Below are positions 53,812 through 64,000 of a stretch of DNA of 64,000 nt, piece after piece (within the stretch, counting starts at the first letter, position 1; every line of letters starts with the position of its first letter). Made by a program: the position numbers and the translations under genes. The notes below the pieces were generated by a model. It saw only the letters and a list, made by a program, of their open reading frames with translations, ran no database searches and was not told the origin of the DNA. The stretch comes from Limnothrix sp. BL-A-16 (GTDB lineage: Bacteria > Cyanobacteriota > Cyanobacteriia > CACIAM-69d), in the NCBI GenBank assembly GCA_041937175.2, contig CP166615.1, positions 2,144,001 to 2,208,000 of the forward strand, given 5' to 3'.

Positions 53812-55731
53812 ATGACCATCCCCCCCGTCCTTGACATTCGCAATCTGCAAGTGGAATTTGGTGCCGGTGAATCGGCCATGCGAGCGGTGGATGGGTTGTC
53901 CTTGCAGTTACAGCCGGGCCAAACCTTAGGACTGGTGGGAGAATCCGGCTCAGGGAAATCCGTCACGGCCTTGGCGATCGTGGGGTTGCTGCCCGAATTG
54001 GGTCGCGTCAGGGGGGATGGCATTTGGTATCGAGAACCTAATGCCGAAGAGGCGGTGAATTTGCTGAAGCTTTCACCGGAAGCCCTGCGGCGTTACCGAG
54101 GGCGACGGATTGGCATGATTTTTCAGGAACCCATGAGCGCCCTGAATCCGGTCTATACCTGTGGGTTTCAGATCATTGAAGCCATTCGATTGCATCGGGG
54201 CCTTTCGGAGGCGGCGGCCCGACAACAGGCGATCGCCCTGTTGCAAGAGGTGAAATTGTTGCCACCGGAGTTGGAACTGCGGGCCCAAATTCGCGATCAG
54301 TGGCGCAATGGCAATCCCAGCGATCGGGAGTTGCAACAGGCCGTGACCCAACGCCAACAGGCCATGCTCGATCGCTACCCGCACCAAATGTCCGGTGGTC
54401 AGCTCCAGCGGGTGACGATCGCGATCGCCCTGGCCGGCGACCCGGCGATTTTGATTGCCGACGAACCCACCACCGCCTTGGATGTGACCGTTCAAGCACG
54501 TATTTTGGAACTGCTGCGGGAGTTGCAACGCCACCGCGCCATGTCCATTCTGTTCATCACCCACGATTTGGGGCTAATTGCAGAACTGGCGGACGATGTG
54601 GCGGTCATGTACCAGGGGCAGTTGGTGGAGCAGGGATCCGTGGAGCAGATTTTTACCGCCCCCCAACATCCCTACACCCAAGGGCTACTGGCTTGCCGGC
54701 CGCGGCCAGAACTGCGGCTGCGCTATTTGCCCACGGTGGCGGACTTTTTGAGTGCAGCAGCGCGGGATCCAGCCCCGATCGAACCGGGTTCCTCTGCCAC
54801 GTCCCTTGCGCCCCAAACCCCGATCGCCCTGGCCATTCCACCGGACGAAACGCGCGATCGACTCACCAAGCTCCAAGCACTGCCACCCCTGCTCTCGGTA
54901 CGGGATTTACGCGTGGCCTATGCTGTCAAGGGTTGGCTGGGCATGGCCCAGCGGCACGCCTTGGCCGTGAATGGTGTGTCCTTTGATGTGTTTCCCGGGG
55001 AGACCTTGGGTCTGGTGGGGGAAAGTGGTTGCGGTAAAAGCACCCTGGCGCGATCGCTCCTGCGGTTGATTGAACCCATGGGCGGCCAAATTCGTTTTGA
55101 TGACCAGGATATTTTGCAGCTCAAGGGCAAAGCGCTACGGGCCTTGCGGCGCGAAATGCAAATTATCTTCCAAGATCCCTTCAGTTCCCTGAATCCCCGA
55201 ATGACCATCGGGGCGGCGGTCATGGAACCGATGCTGATCCATGCCCAAGGCAAAACCACCACCCCCCTACCCGCCCGCAAAATGTATCGCGAGCAGGCGG
55301 CCTACCTCCTGGAGCGGGTGGGCCTCAAGCCCGACTGGATGAACCGTTATCCCCATGAATTCTCCGGCGGTCAGCGCCAACGGATTTGCATTGCCCGGGC
55401 GCTGGCCTTAAATCCTAAGTTTTTGATCTGCGATGAGTCCGTGTCGGCGTTGGATGTGTCGGTGCAAGCGCAGGTGCTGAATTTGCTGAAGGAATTACAG
55501 AGCGAATTTAGTCTGACTTACATTTTCATTTCCCATGATTTGGGCGTGGTGAAGTTCATGAGCGATCGAATCGCCGTGATGAACCAAGGCCGGTTTGAGG
55601 AATTGGGCCCCGCCGATCAGGTCTATGACCATCCTCGGGAAGATTACACGCGCCAACTGATCGCAGCCATTCCCAAGGACCGGTTCGATCGACCCTTAGT
55701 TCACCCCCAACCCGATCGGCAGGCCTCCTGA
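53812..55731 (+). CDS. Fused double ABC ATPase (Opp/DppD-F type)
   Basis: Two Walker A motifs ([16 protein letters not shown]); YPHQMSGGQ and YPHEFSGGQ. Confidence 0.95.
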   Translation: MTIPPVLDIRNLQVEFGAGESAMRAVDGLSLQLQPGQTLGLVGESGSGKSVTALAIVGLLPELGRVRGDGIWYREPNAEEAVNLLKLSPEALRRYRGRRIGMIFQEPMSALNPVYTCGFQIIEAIRLHRGLSEAAARQQAIALLQEVKLLPPELELRAQIRDQWRNGNPSDRELQQAVTQRQQAMLDRYPHQMSGGQLQRVTIAIALAGDPAILIADEPTTALDVTVQARILELLRELQRHRAMSILFITHDLGLIAELADDVAVMYQGQLVEQGSVEQIFTAPQHPYTQGLLACRPRPELRLRYLPTVADFLSAAARDPAPIEPGSSATSLAPQTPIALAIPPDETRDRLTKLQALPPLLSVRDLRVAYAVKGWLGMAQRHALAVNGVSFDVFPGETLGLVGESGCGKSTLARSLLRLIEPMGGQIRFDDQDILQLKGKALRALRREMQIIFQDPFSSLNPRMTIGAAVMEPMLIHAQGKTTTPLPARKMYREQAAYLLERVGLKPDWMNRYPHEFSGGQRQRICIARALALNPKFLICDESVSALDVSVQAQVLNLLKELQSEFSLTYIFISHDLGVVKFMSDRIAVMNQGRFEELGPADQVYDHPREDYTRQLIAAIPKDRFDRPLVHPQPDRQAS

Positions 55732-55781
55732 GCGCCAACTAGAACAAACTCGTCTGGAGAGACCCGCAGCACGGCGAGCGC

Positions 55782-57698
55782 CTAAATTGATCGCCAGTTG
55801 CCCAGCCGCTCAATTAACCGCTGCACTACTCCCATCAGTTGCGTCAGCTCCTGCGATCGGGGGTTGAAGTCTTGAGACAGGGAAGCCCGCACCTGCATCT
55901 CCGCCAGCTTCTTTTGCAGTTGGCGGGTCAGGTCGATCGCGTCTTGGCTCAGTTTCGAGAGCTGTTGGCGCTGATGAAACTTCAAGGCCGCTCCCCGCAA
56001 AACCTGCAACGTGGCCTCCTCGCCCAACCGGCCCGGCGCAATTCGCAACCGCAGCAACAGCAACTCACTGCGATAGATGCGCTCGATTTCAACCTGGCGC
56101 GGTTTCCCCACGGGAGGTAACAGGGGCAAATTAGCCAGCAACTTTAGCTCATCAATCACCCCTTGAAAGGTGGAGGGAAGCAAGGGATCCAAGGCCGCTT
56201 GCATAATCCCATCGCGGCTACAAAGAATTCGGGTGCGATCGAGTTCAGGGCGGTCAAAATATAGCCGGCCAATTCCCCCTTCAATCGCCCGTTGCAACAA
56301 CTCCTGCATCAGGGCCCGAGGCGGCAAATCTCCCAATTCCGACAGCGGGCGATCGGCATAGCGGGTGTGCAACACCAAGGGGCTGGGGTTTAAGTCGGCC
56401 CACTCGATCGGGACGGACACCGTGGGATGAATCCAAGCAGCCTCCACCTCCGAAGCACTCGGAACAGCGGTTTGGGCCGGCGGAGTCGATCGCTCCAACG
56501 CCTGCACCAAAGCTTGCTCCAACTCCGCCAACTCCGCCGGTAAATCTACGGGGCCATTGGTCGGTCGCTCAGTAGATAAATCGACGGGCAACAGGGAAGG
56601 GGCCGCGCCCTGTCCTGTGCCTAGGTCACTGGCAGTCACCACTGCATGGTTCGTAAGGGTATCCATAGGTAGATCCGGAATATCATCCGATGTCAGCGAA
56701 GGGGAGCCGCAGGCTTCCGCTAACTCCCCCTTCCGGTGCAATTGTTGCCAATCAGGATCTGGGGTACTTTGGGCCGCTGTCACCAGAGTTTCGGTCACAT
56801 CCACCGCTCCCAAATCCATCACTCCCAAATCCGCTGCTCCCAAATCCACTGATCTTGGATCCACGAGTGAGGGATGCGCCGCCAGGTGATGCAACTGATG
56901 CTCTTCAGAACTGCCAGCGCTTAACCAATTCTGAGGACTGGCCCAAGGGTCAAATGGTTCGGAGTTGTCATCGTTCTGAAACCAATCGACCGGCTGAGTA
57001 TCCATGTCATCGTCTGGATTTGGCTCGTCTGGGGACGACAGAGCACCAAGCTGATTCCAGTGCGCAAAGTCTGCGGGAGCGCTGATGGTTTCTCCCAACT
57101 CATCCAGTTCGTCGTCTTCCCAATCGTCCATCAAGTCGCCCACAACGGAGCCATACTCAATCGTTGGCAAGGCCGGTTGCAAATCCGAAAGACAATCGCT
57201 AACTTCCACCAGGGGACGCAGTTCCGGATCCAGCGGCCCGGAATCCGTTCCCGCGCCCAAAGTGCCATGGCCCAACGAGGCCGCTGGCGAATCTGAAGCG
57301 GCGTTCGGTTGGGGGTTGGCCAAGGAGGGTTGCCAAGATTCAGAATGGCTGGGTTCTACGTAACCCTCAGACTTTCGCTGGCAGTCGTAGCTCAAAAACG
57401 CAGAAAGCAGCTCCTGTTGAGTTTCCAGGGCGATCGGGCGGTAGACCAACTGATCATTCAGGTGAGCAAGCATCCGCTGGACATAGCTTAAGTCCGCGTC
57501 GCGATTCACCACGCCCAAAATGATTTGATTGTCTTGCAGGTCTAGGGGCAAGACTTGGTGATAGAGGCAAACTTCAAACGGCAAGATGCGATCGATCAGC
57601 GCAAAGACTCGCTCAGGATCGGGCTGAACGAGAGGATCGATCGGGGACGGTAACGACTCTTGGGCAGACACCGGCGGTGCTAACCTCAGGCAATACAA
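55782..57698 (-). CDS. GspE/PilB N-terminal-domain protein without ATPase motifs
   Basis: LIDRILPFEVCLYHQVLPL; acidic linker; GGIGRLYF...RQVEIER...GEEATLQVLRG; no Walker A. Confidence 0.75.
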   Translation of the reverse strand: MYCLRLAPPVSAQESLPSPIDPLVQPDPERVFALIDRILPFEVCLYHQVLPLDLQDNQIILGVVNRDADLSYVQRMLAHLNDQLVYRPIALETQQELLSAFLSYDCQRKSEGYVEPSHSESWQPSLANPQPNAASDSPAASLGHGTLGAGTDSGPLDPELRPLVEVSDCLSDLQPALPTIEYGSVVGDLMDDWEDDELDELGETISAPADFAHWNQLGALSSPDEPNPDDDMDTQPVDWFQNDDNSEPFDPWASPQNWLSAGSSEEHQLHHLAAHPSLVDPRSVDLGAADLGVMDLGAVDVTETLVTAAQSTPDPDWQQLHRKGELAEACGSPSLTSDDIPDLPMDTLTNHAVVTASDLGTGQGAAPSLLPVDLSTERPTNGPVDLPAELAELEQALVQALERSTPPAQTAVPSASEVEAAWIHPTVSVPIEWADLNPSPLVLHTRYADRPLSELGDLPPRALMQELLQRAIEGGIGRLYFDRPELDRTRILCSRDGIMQAALDPLLPSTFQGVIDELKLLANLPLLPPVGKPRQVEIERIYRSELLLLRLRIAPGRLGEEATLQVLRGAALKFHQRQQLSKLSQDAIDLTRQLQKKLAEMQVRASLSQDFNPRSQELTQLMGVVQRLIERLGNWRSI

Positions 57699-58119
57699 AA
57701 CATCGATATTTCACGACAACTACTGGCACAGATCAACGGCCTGCAACCGGATGGGTCAGGATGCCGATCGCTTTGGATGAACCCCATGGGGCCGAAAAAC
57801 CCCATGGCCATTGTACGGCGGCAACTACGGCAGCAACTTCAGAACACATGGCGCGATCGCTCTGCCAGGGGGTTAGGGATACCGTACTTCTGAACGTCTG
57901 AATCGTAACTTCTGAATCACAGCGTCTGAATTCCACTTCTCGGTCTATGGCCGTGATCTTCAGGCGCGAGGGGCTTCAGGCGCGATCGACTCCCATCCAC
58001 GAAAGCCCACCGTAAAATCCACTATTCCTCAAGGCAGTGAACAATCCGGGAAATATCCGGTTCAAACGGCGAATTAAGAACACCTTAAGCGGTTTTGGGC
58101 CCCATCATATCGCAGGGAA

Positions 58120-59133
58120 TTATCCAACTGAGTAGCCAGTAGCAAAGGATACATCTTCATAGGGTGGGGTTGGCGCTAAAGGCGGATTTCCCTCAAAAGG
58201 CGGAGGGGAGATCGGCTCCGAAATTGGCCAGAGGGTTGGTGGAACCGCAAGGGATGTCCCGCGATCGGCCCCAGAGTCCCCAGAGTTCACGAAGTCCACG
58301 GAGCTATCGGATCCCGTAGGGTTGCCAACGCTCGCAGTTCCCTGGGTGTTATCCAATCGATCGACGCGATCGCCCTTGGTACATCCATCAACGAATCCAT
58401 CAACTCCTGTTGTTCCGGCATTGACCCAAGGCGACAGGGTGCGTAATGCCTCAACCGGCGCGGGCGATCGATTTGAGATCGCCCACCGGTCTATCAGTTG
58501 AGTCATTGCTTGATGCGTAGCCGTTTGCTGACTCACCAGAGCTTGCAACACATCGCAAAGGGCAAACACCTGATATTCCTGCTGTTTAATTTGCTGTCCT
58601 TGCTGTTGCAAATGTTGATTCTGTTGTGCCAATAGCTGCCCCTGCTGTTCCCAATATTGCCCCTGTTGTTCAAGAGTGCGTTGGCAGAATTGCTCTAGAA
58701 CCTGTTGCAATTGTTGCCCCTGTTGCTGAATTTGCTGCATTTGCTGATTTTGCAGCTCAATTTGCTGCTGAATTTGTCGCTCAATTTGCTCGCTAATCTG
58801 CTGACTAACTTGTTGTTCAACTTGTTGTTCAATTTTCTGATTAACCTGCTGATTCACCTGTTGATGAATCTCTTTCGATTGTTGCTGGATTTGCCAGCTT
58901 TGCAATTCAAGTTGTTGCTCGATTTGGCGCTCGATCTTTTCTTCGATTTGTTGTCCCTGTTGCTGCAAAGTTTTCTGCAAAAACTCACCCTGCTGTTCCA
59001 AGCATTGACTCAGCCGATCGAGCTGACTGGAGAGGCATTGAACCGCTTCTGCCGTCCTTAGCGAGATTTGCCCTAGCTCCAAAACCACCGACTGCATCTG
59101 ATCGCGCCAAGAATCAGTCATACCCATTACCAA
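58120..59133 (-). CDS. Gln-rich coiled-coil hypothetical protein
   Basis: Long QQIEQQ/QQQGQQ repeats in an open frame of 337 aa. Confidence 0.7.
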   Translation of the reverse strand: MVMGMTDSWRDQMQSVVLELGQISLRTAEAVQCLSSQLDRLSQCLEQQGEFLQKTLQQQGQQIEEKIERQIEQQLELQSWQIQQQSKEIHQQVNQQVNQKIEQQVEQQVSQQISEQIERQIQQQIELQNQQMQQIQQQGQQLQQVLEQFCQRTLEQQGQYWEQQGQLLAQQNQHLQQQGQQIKQQEYQVFALCDVLQALVSQQTATHQAMTQLIDRWAISNRSPAPVEALRTLSPWVNAGTTGVDGFVDGCTKGDRVDRLDNTQGTASVGNPTGSDSSVDFVNSGDSGADRGTSLAVPPTLWPISEPISPPPFEGNPPLAPTPPYEDVSFATGYSVG

Positions 59134-59839
59134 CTCAGGGAGTAATAATCGTAATGAGCACCCCCCTAGCCCTGAATTTTGATTTGGAAATCCTTGACCT
59201 CAAATCCAAGCAATGAATAACCAAAGGCAGCGGCTTTGATTCAATTGGCTAAGAATGAGTTGGATGGCCTGAGTTGTCCGGCTAAGAAATTCCAACCAAG
59301 GTTTCAAGGCGTAGATAGAGCATAGATCACAGGCAAAATTATTGAATCCTAATCAACATCAAGCATTCATAGGACATTGATCAAAACCGAAATCGAAAAT
59401 GATCAAATTCCTAACAATCAAAAACATTGATCAAGATTTAATAATTTTTGAATCGCAACTCAACAGAACTCCTTTGAAACCTGCTTGAAATTTAATGGAA
59501 CTTGCGGGCAAGACCTCCAAATTTCGTCAATCACGCCCTGCCAGGTGGCCCGATCGAACGCTTGTCGATCGGGCTGTTTTCGGCAAATTGCGGCCACTTT
59601 CTCGGCAATTTGGATGGATGACGATCGGGCTGAGGAGTTGCTCGACTAAAGTCTTCTTTACGTTTTGCAGCAGACCGGAACAGCAATCGCTAAGGTTGTG
59701 GCAATCGATGGCAACAAGCGCAAGGCCGCGCTGCTGTGGTTGGCGAGGGCGGTGATGGCGCATTAGGCTCCGTCACTGCCCGCCATGCACCGTGATTGCT
59801 GCCGTTGCTTCGTGCCACTGCTCGCCTGGAGGACAAGCC

Positions 59840-61327
59840 ATGCTAGACATGTTGGATCTCAGCCTGAAGCTGGATAAGGCCACCTATGTCGCAGAGCGCG
59901 ATCGCTTGGCCCTTCAGTTGCGATCGCTCCAAGCGGACTGTCGGGAGGCCCAATTACCGGTGATTATTGCCCTGGAGGGCTGGGCGGCGGCGGGCAAAGG
60001 AGCGATCGTCAAGGAATTACGCGACTCCTTGGATCCACGCGGCTTTCAGGTTCATCCAATTTTCCCACCAGAACCCCATGAGCTGGGATTTCCCTGGTTG
60101 CGGCGTTTTTGGTTGCGGTTGCCGGAAGCGGGCACGATCGGGCTGTTCTATCACAGTTGGTATAGCCACCTGCTGGAAGATCGCCTGTTTGGCCGGCTGC
60201 CGGATCCACAGTTTCCCGAAGCCACCCGAGAGGTGAATGCCTTTGAGCGACAGTTGGCGGATGAAGGCGCGGCGATCGCCAAATTTTTTATTCATCTCGG
60301 CCGTGATGAGCTGAAAAAGCGCCTGAAGAAATACCAGGCGGATCCTTTTCAGGCTTGGCGGGTGCGACCGGAAGATTGGCAACAGGCCAAGCACTATCGC
60401 CAATATCGGGACTTGGCGGAAGCGATGCTGGCGGAAACCAGCACAGGAGCAGCTCCTTGGACCTTGGTGGAAGGCAACAGTCGCCGCTGGGCGGTGATCA
60501 AAGTGTTGAGCGAAACCATTGCCACCATTGCCGGAGCACTCGATCGCCAACGCAGCCAAGCCTCTCCTCCGCCCGTTCTGCCGGCCCAAGCGGAGTTGCA
60601 TCCCGGTGAACCGGACTTGCTGGCGCGGGTGAACCTCAGTCAAGCCCTGTCTCGCAGTAAATATGAACGGAAGCTGGCAGAACAACAGGCCCGGCTGCGA
60701 TCGCTGCAAATGCAAATCCATCGCCAGCGGTTACCCGTGTTGGTGTTGTTTGAAGGTTGGGACGCGGCGGGCAAGGGGGGAGCCATCTCGCGGTTAACGG
60801 GCATGTTGGATCCGCGTAGCTATGCGGTTCATGCCTTTGCGGCCCCCACGGCGGAGGAGCGCGCGCACCACTACCTATGGCGATTTTGGCGCTGGTTACC
60901 GGCGGCGGGCACGATCGGGATTTTTGATCGATCGTGGTATGGGCGGGTTTTGGTGGAACGGATTGAAGGATTTGCCACCGAAACAGAGTGGCGACGGGCC
61001 TATCAGGAAATTAATGAATTTGAAAGCCAATTAATGTCCAGCGGCATGGTGTTGGTGAAAGTTTGGCTGCACATCAGCCCAGAGGAGCAACTGCGCCGGT
61101 TTCAGGAACGCAAAGACAATCCCTTCAAGCAATACAAACTCACCGACGAAGATTGGCGAAATCGGGAGCGATGGCCCCTATATTCGGTGGCGGTGAACCA
61201 GATGGTGCAACGAACCCATACACCCTTGGCCCCTTGGACTTTGATTGCCGCAGAGGATAAGTATTTTGCACGGGTTGCGGTGGCCACGGCGGTGGCCGAC
61301 GCGATCGAACGTCGCCTCACTCGCTAG
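59840..61327 (+). CDS. pap: Two-domain PPK2, polyphosphate:AMP phosphotransferase
   Basis: EGWAAAGKG and EGWDAAGKGG; FDRSWYGRVLVERIEGF; KLTDEDWRNR. Confidence 0.93.
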   Translation: MLDMLDLSLKLDKATYVAERDRLALQLRSLQADCREAQLPVIIALEGWAAAGKGAIVKELRDSLDPRGFQVHPIFPPEPHELGFPWLRRFWLRLPEAGTIGLFYHSWYSHLLEDRLFGRLPDPQFPEATREVNAFERQLADEGAAIAKFFIHLGRDELKKRLKKYQADPFQAWRVRPEDWQQAKHYRQYRDLAEAMLAETSTGAAPWTLVEGNSRRWAVIKVLSETIATIAGALDRQRSQASPPPVLPAQAELHPGEPDLLARVNLSQALSRSKYERKLAEQQARLRSLQMQIHRQRLPVLVLFEGWDAAGKGGAISRLTGMLDPRSYAVHAFAAPTAEERAHHYLWRFWRWLPAAGTIGIFDRSWYGRVLVERIEGFATETEWRRAYQEINEFESQLMSSGMVLVKVWLHISPEEQLRRFQERKDNPFKQYKLTDEDWRNRERWPLYSVAVNQMVQRTHTPLAPWTLIAAEDKYFARVAVATAVADAIERRLTR

Positions 61328-61668
61328 CGATCGCTCGGCAAAATTTAGAAACACCAGCGATCAAAACATCAATTCCAGACAATCATCCATGGCCCCTCGT
61401 CGATCGAACCGAGGACAGATACAATGCTGAGAACAAGTGTTGCGAAACATTGCATTTTGTAAGCAATTGTACCTAGTCTGTAAAGACCGCCTTTACAGGT
61501 GAATGAGCAGCCGGCCCAATTGCTGTCTTGGCGATCGCCCCTGAACCTTGCCCCAGAGCCGCTTCCTGCGTGGAGTGTCAGGGCGCTGTCTCACTTGCGA
61601 TCGCCTCAGCAATCCCGCAACGGTTCTCGCAACGGATAAAACCCCACCACTCACCTGACGACCAAACC

Positions 61669-62058
61669 ATGCCGATCGGCCCCCTGAAGAACCTCTTCGG
61701 TTCCCAAAAAGACACTTTCTTCTTGGAAATTGGTGATGCACAAGGTACGGGGGACAGCACCCCGGCCGCCCCGGCTCCCCAAGCACCCGCTGTGGTTGCG
61801 GAACCGGCAGCCCCCGTGGCCGCCGCTCCGGAAGCGCCGGCCCCAGCCCCCAAGAGCACCAAAACCAGCATTAAAGCAGCCAAGGCCGCAGCCCCGGCCA
61901 AGCCGGTCGAGCCACCCAAGCCCGCTCCGGCCCCGGTGACCCTGCCGCCGGAAACGGCTTTTGCATCAAAGTTTGTGCCCAGCAACACGCCGCGTCGTCG
62001 TCCGGGCCCCAGCCTGAATGGCTTCAAGGATATGGCCCGGGATATGGGTCGCCGCTAA
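61669..62058 (+). CDS. Pro/Ala-rich small protein with conserved-looking termini
   Basis: FFLE near the N-terminus, PRRRPGPSLNGFKDMAR at the C-terminus; terminator downstream. Confidence 0.75.
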   Translation: MPIGPLKNLFGSQKDTFFLEIGDAQGTGDSTPAAPAPQAPAVVAEPAAPVAAAPEAPAPAPKSTKTSIKAAKAAAPAKPVEPPKPAPAPVTLPPETAFASKFVPSNTPRRRPGPSLNGFKDMARDMGRR

Positions 62059-62146
62059 GGCTGAGTCGATCGACCAAACAGGTCGATCTGGTGCAAATCA
62101 TCAATTCAGCAAGATTTCAGCAAGATTCAGGATTTAGTACCCATTC

Positions 62147-62176
62147 AGCAGGGGGCTTCGGCCCCTGCTTTTTTTT
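62147..62176 (+). terminator. Intrinsic terminator
   Basis: AGCAGGGGGC-TTCG-GCCCCTGCT followed by a T-run. Confidence 0.88.
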
Positions 62177-62305
62177 GGCATCCTCCCTAAAGGCATGGGG
62201 ATTCCGGCCCTAACCGAACAACCGAAGTTCTCCGGTAGTAGCGCGACTGCCTTAATTCACCGGGTCAAATTATATGACTGTTACCGTCACCCGATCGTTA
62301 AGCAG

Positions 62306-62325
62306 CAAGGGGCTTAAGCCCCTTG
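62306..62325. repeat. Stand-alone copy of the 20-bp palindrome
   Basis: CAAGGGGCTTAAGCCCCTTG with no recognisable MITE ends. Confidence 0.9.
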
Positions 62326-62378
62326 TCACCACGACTGACTGCGCAACTTCAACCCAATACATTAAGCCTGTCACGCTA

Positions 62379-62462
62379 GTAGGTTGGGTTGAGCTTTGCG
62401 AAACCTAACTCAATCACTACGAAGCTTGCTGTCGTTGGATTTCGTGCCTCAACCCAACCTAC
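62379..62462. repeat. GTAG-family REP doublet (REPIN)
   Basis: GTAGGTTGGGTTGAG...CTCAACCCAACCTAC, a perfect 15-bp inverted pair; each arm forms a hairpin. Confidence 0.85.
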
Positions 62463-62542
62463 AAGATGATCGTTGATCAACCGATCTGAAGGAAAGGGGT
62501 TTTCGTGAAAGAGGTCTACTGATTCCAAATTAGGGGCCCAAA

Positions 62543-63538
62543 TTAGCCGCGCAGGTTGCGAATTTCCCGCTGCACTCGCCGCAACTCGTTTTTTTCCAAG
62601 TGCCGAATCACGGCGCGGGGCATCTGCTCCCGCTGGGCCAGCACCTGCAAAAACAGGGCTTCCGATTGTTTCAGCAATTCCAGGTTTTGGCTGCTGCGTC
62701 CTTGTTCGTAGAGAATTTGCCCTTTCAGATGCCAAAGATCGGGATTTTGGGGACTCTTGGCCAAGGCGCGATCGACTGAGGCGATCGCCTGGGAAAAGTT
62801 TTTGCGACGGCGGTAAATGGCCGCCAACAGGCGATCGACCACATAGTCGGGGCTGCCCCGCTGGAGGGAGTTCACAGCCCCATCCACATTGCCAAAGGGC
62901 AAGTTATCCGCCAACAACACATCCAGCGATCCCCGAATCAAGTTCAGTTCCGGATCGTTGGGGCTGATGGCCGCCGCTGCATCCAAAGCTTCGTTCACCT
63001 GGGACAGTTTGGCCAGGGCTTCTGGTGCGCCCTGAAGGGGGCCGCGACCCCCTTCGGACACAATAAACGCCCCTTCCAAAAAATGTCCCACGCCGATATA
63101 GAGGTTACCGCGCAGGGCATCCGTGGCTTTGAGGGTGTTGGCGGCGGCGAGGGTCTGGTTGGCGGCGGTTTGCACCTGATCCCACTGGCCATCGAGATAG
63201 GCCAATGCACCGGCTAAGGCATAGCCCAAAGGCTCTTGGGGTTCTTGGGCGATCGCCTCTTGGGCTAAACGGCGGGCGGCGGGGTAGTTGCCATTTTTGA
63301 ACAGCATGACGAAGGCTGCTTCCGCCCGATCGCCCACGGGGCGAGGATTTTGAGACCGGAACGGATCCGCCCCGGCCGGCAGAGCACCCCAGCCCCAGCA
63401 CAACCCGATCGCCCCGGCAGCCCAAGCAATTACCATCGATCGAGACAGGCGAGGCCGAGTCGATCGCTTTCGAGCGCGATCGGTCACCACAGGAGATCGC
63501 CCTTGAGCAACAAAGCGGCCGAGATCCATAACCATCAC
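62543..63538 (-). CDS. Secreted TPR protein (Sll0314/Alr1548-like)
   Basis: Signal peptide AGA-DPFR; LRGNLYIGVGHFLEG; DPELNLIRG; start uncertain. Confidence 0.85.
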   Translation of the reverse strand: MMVMDLGRFVAQGRSPVVTDRARKRSTRPRLSRSMVIAWAAGAIGLCWGWGALPAGADPFRSQNPRPVGDRAEAAFVMLFKNGNYPAARRLAQEAIAQEPQEPLGYALAGALAYLDGQWDQVQTAANQTLAAANTLKATDALRGNLYIGVGHFLEGAFIVSEGGRGPLQGAPEALAKLSQVNEALDAAAAISPNDPELNLIRGSLDVLLADNLPFGNVDGAVNSLQRGSPDYVVDRLLAAIYRRRKNFSQAIASVDRALAKSPQNPDLWHLKGQILYEQGRSSQNLELLKQSEALFLQVLAQREQMPRAVIRHLEKNELRRVQREIRNLRG

Positions 63539-63655
63539 TCCTGAACGTATCGAAATATCGGATCGAACAATCGAACATGCGTTGAATCATTCATTCGAGC
63601 CGTTGATTAGCCCCCTACAATAGGGCCCGATCCACCTCCGCGCCCCCTTTCTTCC

Positions 63656-64000
63656 ATGCTGCGTTTGGACTCCGTTAGCTATCACCCCGCCGCCGCTGCC
63701 AAGGCCATTTTGCACCAAGTGAATCTGGAATTGGTTCCCCAACAACTGACCCTGGTGATTGGCCCCAGCGGTTCCGGCAAAAGCACCCTGTTGGAAATTT
63801 TGGCCGGCTTGGCCAGCCAAACCAGCGGACAAGTGCTGTGGCGCGATCGCCCCCTCTTTCCCGAGTCCCTGCAACAGTTAGCGGGGTTGGTGTTTCAATT
63901 TCCTGAGCGGCATTTTTGCGGCTCCACCGTGCTCGAAGAGTTGCGGCTGGGCCACCCGGAAATTAGCTCAGAGCAAATTCACGACGCTCTGACCGCTGTG
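63656..64000 (+). CDS. ABC ATP-binding protein (CbiO/EcfA-like), truncated by the window end
   Basis: Hand translation [11 protein letters not shown]...[11 protein letters not shown]...[11 protein letters not shown]. Confidence 0.9.
   Translation, partial: MLRLDSVSYHPAAAAKAILHQVNLELVPQQLTLVIGPSGSGKSTLLEILAGLASQTSGQVLWRDRPLFPESLQQLAGLVFQFPERHFCGSTVLEELRLGHPEISSEQIHDALTAV

Noticed and set aside
62178..62260. IS200/IS605 end or omegaRNA remnant (CCTAAAGGCATGGGGATTCC)
   Set aside because: Only a vague resemblance; no tnpA/tnpB and no clear hairpin.

Overview
64 kb of cyanobacterial chromosome. Markers include psaM, a devH-like Crp regulator, hpsA-like pseudopilins, a PEP-CTERM protein and very frequent HIP1 (GCGATCGC), probably from a filamentous strain (inference). 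Most of it is housekeeping: dnaB, rplI, PBP1A, tldD/tldE, cobalamin genes, crhR, pepP, an M16 peptidase pair, TetR, TerC and ppk2/pap. The standout is an intact IS110 element (10197-11520). Its non-coding left end reads as a complete bridge RNA whose target guides match the insertion site exactly and whose donor guides match the element ends. The programmed target is the terminal repeat of a resident ~142-bp MITE. The window holds three MITE families, a GTAG REPIN and 9 perfect copies of the 20-bp palindrome CAAGGGGCTTAAGCCCCTTG, which sits near the centre of two unrelated MITE families. Features missing from the ORF track are psaM, a Yfr2-like sRNA, a Tat-lipoprotein start and a 3'-truncated ABC ATPase. 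All calls come from reading the sequence; no searches were run.
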